From assembly GCA_041937175.2 (NCBI GenBank), contig CP166615.1, positions 3,232,001 to 3,296,000 on the forward strand: a stretch of 64,000 nt of DNA. The letters are read 5' to 3'. Below are positions 61,422 through 64,000 of this stretch, piece after piece. The position numbers were made by a program, and so were the translations under genes. Source of the stretch: Limnothrix sp. BL-A-16. GTDB lineage: Bacteria; Cyanobacteriota; Cyanobacteriia; CACIAM-69d. The first letter of the stretch is position 1; every line of letters begins with the position of its first letter. The notes beneath the pieces were generated by a model. That model ran no database searches. It saw only the letters and a program-made list of their open reading frames with translations, and was not told where the DNA came from.

Positions 61422-61487
61422 GGCAATGTCAAGCCCCTTGAAAGCAAGGCGCTGGCAACGGCCAAATCGACCGACCTAGAAGCATAT

Positions 61488-61585
61488 GGATCGTGGGGGA
61501 CAAGGGGCTTAAGCCCCTTGTTACGGCGACTAGGGCATGGAAGATCAATCGTTTCAGCATCACCTCGAAAAATGACGACACCCCC
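61488..61585. mobile_element. Partial MITE-like element (type A right half)
   Basis: Palindrome 61501-61520; right end AAATGACGACACCCCC followed by TA. Confidence 0.65.
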
Positions 61586-61764
61586 TAAGCCCCTTGCCCC
61601 CACAACGATTGAGTGGAATAACCACTGGTCTCCACCTTCTTCACCACGCCAAGCGCTCAAACAATTCAGGGGACGATCGCCCGATCGCCCCCTGAATCTG
61701 GGTGCTGGTTTCCTGAGTCAATTATCCTCAGTGTCCGTTACCCATCCAAGCCAATTGATTTAGC

Positions 61765-62484
61765 CTATTCAGCGGTGGCCAGCTCTTCCGTGCTGCCCCG
61801 GCTGCGGCGGCGGGTCAGGGTGTTAAACAACATTTGCCCGATCGCCTTGATCAAATTGCCTTCCAATTCCATGAACATTTTCATGTTCTTGCCAAACGCA
61901 TCATTGGCTTCATCCACAATGCGATCGGCCGTGGCTTCATCGATCGGCAATTCGTTCAGCGCTGCCCGATATTGGTTCTTGAAAGCCTTCTCATCCGAGA
62001 TGGTTTCAAACTCATAGAAAGCCGTTCCTTGGCCATCGGTCAAGTTCATGGCATTCACGGCAATGTTCTTGAGAATTTGCCCACCGGACAAGTCACCCAA
62101 ATAGCGCGTGTAGGAATGGGCCACCAACAATTCGGGAGCCGTGGCCGACACTTCCCGCACCCGAGCAATGTAGTCTTGGGCGGCGGTCGAAGGCTTCACT
62201 TCTTCACGCCAATTGGAGCCGTAATAGTAAGCCAAATCACGCTCCAGGCTGCTCTTGCGATACAACTCTTGGAAGTTGATCGGCGCAACAACTGGGTGAT
62301 CTTTGTGCTTGGTCATTTCCTCTTCCATTGCCGTGTAGACAAAGTAGAGGTTGCCCACCAGTTTGCGATAGGAGCTTTTTTCGACTACGCCTTTCAGAAA
62401 GCACTTCACGAAGCCGACATTCTCTGCCATGCTGTGTGATTTTTTCGTGCCTTCGCGTAGTTTGGTTGCTAAATTGACGCTCAT
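61765..62484 (-). CDS. ho1: Heme oxygenase (biliverdin-producing)
   Basis: LREGTKKSH, HSYTRYLGDLSGGQ. Confidence 0.95.
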   Translation of the reverse strand: MSVNLATKLREGTKKSHSMAENVGFVKCFLKGVVEKSSYRKLVGNLYFVYTAMEEEMTKHKDHPVVAPINFQELYRKSSLERDLAYYYGSNWREEVKPSTAAQDYIARVREVSATAPELLVAHSYTRYLGDLSGGQILKNIAVNAMNLTDGQGTAFYEFETISDEKAFKNQYRAALNELPIDEATADRIVDEANDAFGKNMKMFMELEGNLIKAIGQMLFNTLTRRRSRGSTEELATAE

Positions 62485-62807
62485 GTTAAAGAAGTTGAGA
62501 AGTCTGCGAATACCAGTTTGCCAATTTTGTGCGATTCCTGGGCAAAGGCAGCGGGGGAGAAATCCACACCCCCTACCGAACGCGGGCCCCTAAAACAGTT
62601 AGGTTGCGACGGTTGCCGACACAGGGCAGCACTTAACCACGGCGAAAGACGGCCAAAGCAAAATCCTGTCTCGATCGCTGGGTGACTCGATCGTTAGATT
62701 AGCGGGATTTTCTGAACGTTATGGTTAAGAATCATGACAAGCACCAAAGTTATCGAGTTTGATCAAATCAATCATTTTCGTATCTCTCCTTGCTTGAATC
62801 CCTGGCT

Positions 62808-63875
62808 GTGAGTTTTTGCCTAAACCCCCAGTGCGATCGCCCGCACAATCCCGATCAGGGAAATTTTTGCCTCAATTGCGGTGCTCCCTTGCTGTTGCGG
62901 GGGCACTACCGCGCCATTCGCCCCCTGGGCCGTGGCGGCTTTGCACGCACCTACTTGGGCATCGATCGCGATCGGCTCGATACCCCCTGTGCCATTAAGC
63001 AATTTTTGCCCAGCGCCAAAACCCCCGCTGGCCGCGACAAGGCGATTGAACTGTTCACCCGCGAGGCCCTACGGCTGCGAGACTTGGGCGACAATCCGCA
63101 AATTCCCGCCCTGTTGGGATTTTTTGAGGAAGGGGGCTACCTCTACCTGGTGCAGGAATACATCGCCGGGGAAACCATCGATCGGGAACTGCAACGATCA
63201 GGCCCGTTCAGCGAAGCCAAGCTGCTGGCCTTCCTGCGGGATTTGTTGCCCGTGTTGCAATTTGTGCACGATCGCAGCACGATTCACCGGGATCTGAAGC
63301 CCTTGAACCTGATTCGTCGTCAACGGGATCAGCGAATTGTCCCGATCGATTTCGGCGTGGCTAAAGTGCTGGAAGCCAACACCCAAAGCCGCCCCGGCAC
63401 GAAAATTGGCACGGCCGGCTATGCGCCCGATGAGCAATTGCGCGGCGGCCAGGCCTATCCCGCCAGCGATCTCTACAGCGTGGGAGCGATCTGCGTGTTT
63501 CTGCTGACCGGTGTGGAACCGGAGGAGCTATACAACCCCCTGACGGGCCAGTGGCCTTGGCGAGAACAGTTGGCCCAATGGCGGGATGAGCTGTCGGGCA
63601 ATGGAGATTCGCTAGATGCATCCCAACGGAAGCACTTGCCGGTGTCTGACTCGGTGAGCGAAGGGTTGGGCTTGGTGCTCGATCGACTCTTGCAACCGGC
63701 CGTTGCCGATCGCTACCAAAGCGCCCTGGAAGTGCTGGCGGATCTAGACAACATCATTCGCACCATGCCCCCTTCTCCCTACCGTCGAGAAGAGTCCATG
63801 GCGGTCGATCGCGATCGGGCCAAGCGCTTTTGGCTGACTCGAATTGGCACATCTTCCGGCGGCAATTTTTCATAG
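62808..63875 (+). CDS. Ser/Thr protein kinase with N-terminal 4-Cys motif
   Basis: CLNPQC...CLNCG; GRGGFA, IHRDLKP, DFG, ASDLYS. Confidence 0.92.
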   Translation: MSFCLNPQCDRPHNPDQGNFCLNCGAPLLLRGHYRAIRPLGRGGFARTYLGIDRDRLDTPCAIKQFLPSAKTPAGRDKAIELFTREALRLRDLGDNPQIPALLGFFEEGGYLYLVQEYIAGETIDRELQRSGPFSEAKLLAFLRDLLPVLQFVHDRSTIHRDLKPLNLIRRQRDQRIVPIDFGVAKVLEANTQSRPGTKIGTAGYAPDEQLRGGQAYPASDLYSVGAICVFLLTGVEPEELYNPLTGQWPWREQLAQWRDELSGNGDSLDASQRKHLPVSDSVSEGLGLVLDRLLQPAVADRYQSALEVLADLDNIIRTMPPSPYRREESMAVDRDRAKRFWLTRIGTSSGGNFS

Positions 63876-64000
63876 AACTCGGGCAGTTTGACCTTAATTG
63901 TCCAGAGCACGGCCTTTTCAATTTCCAGGTGCGATCGATAGCGATAAACAAATTTCCAAGCTAACCGATTAGGCAAAAAGATAAAGACCAAAATCTTGGT

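Noticed and set aside
1..64000. Abundant GCGATCGC as a novel repeat; tRNA or rRNA genes
   Set aside because: GCGATCGC is the known cyanobacterial HIP1; no tRNA or rRNA signature was recognised

Overview
Cyanobacterial chromosome segment (very frequent HIP1 GCGATCGC, hli, argZ, ho1, sphRS/phoU; probably a filamentous non-heterocystous strain, by inference). Mostly housekeeping and cell-envelope genes. The central ~14 kb (29.9-44.2 kb) holds a CRISPR-Cas type III-B variant (III-Bv-like) locus: a 25-repeat array plus a degenerate trailer repeat, cas10/cmr2 (no HD domain, GGDD intact), cmr3, cmr4 (putative catalytic Asp appears to be Asn), cmr5, a cmr6-cmr1 fusion, two CARF-like/HEPN effector candidates, a Uma2 nuclease, an unexplained membrane protein and a divergent WYL regulator. 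No cas6, cas1, cas2 or ring nuclease is visible in the window. Other features: an IS5-family element with an A8 frameshift, a family of ~140-150 bp MITE-like elements sharing a 20-bp palindrome (including a chimeric and an internally amplified copy), a wza-like gene split at a C8 tract, a calpain-like PPC protease and several short tandem repeats. All calls come from reading the sequence; no searches were run.
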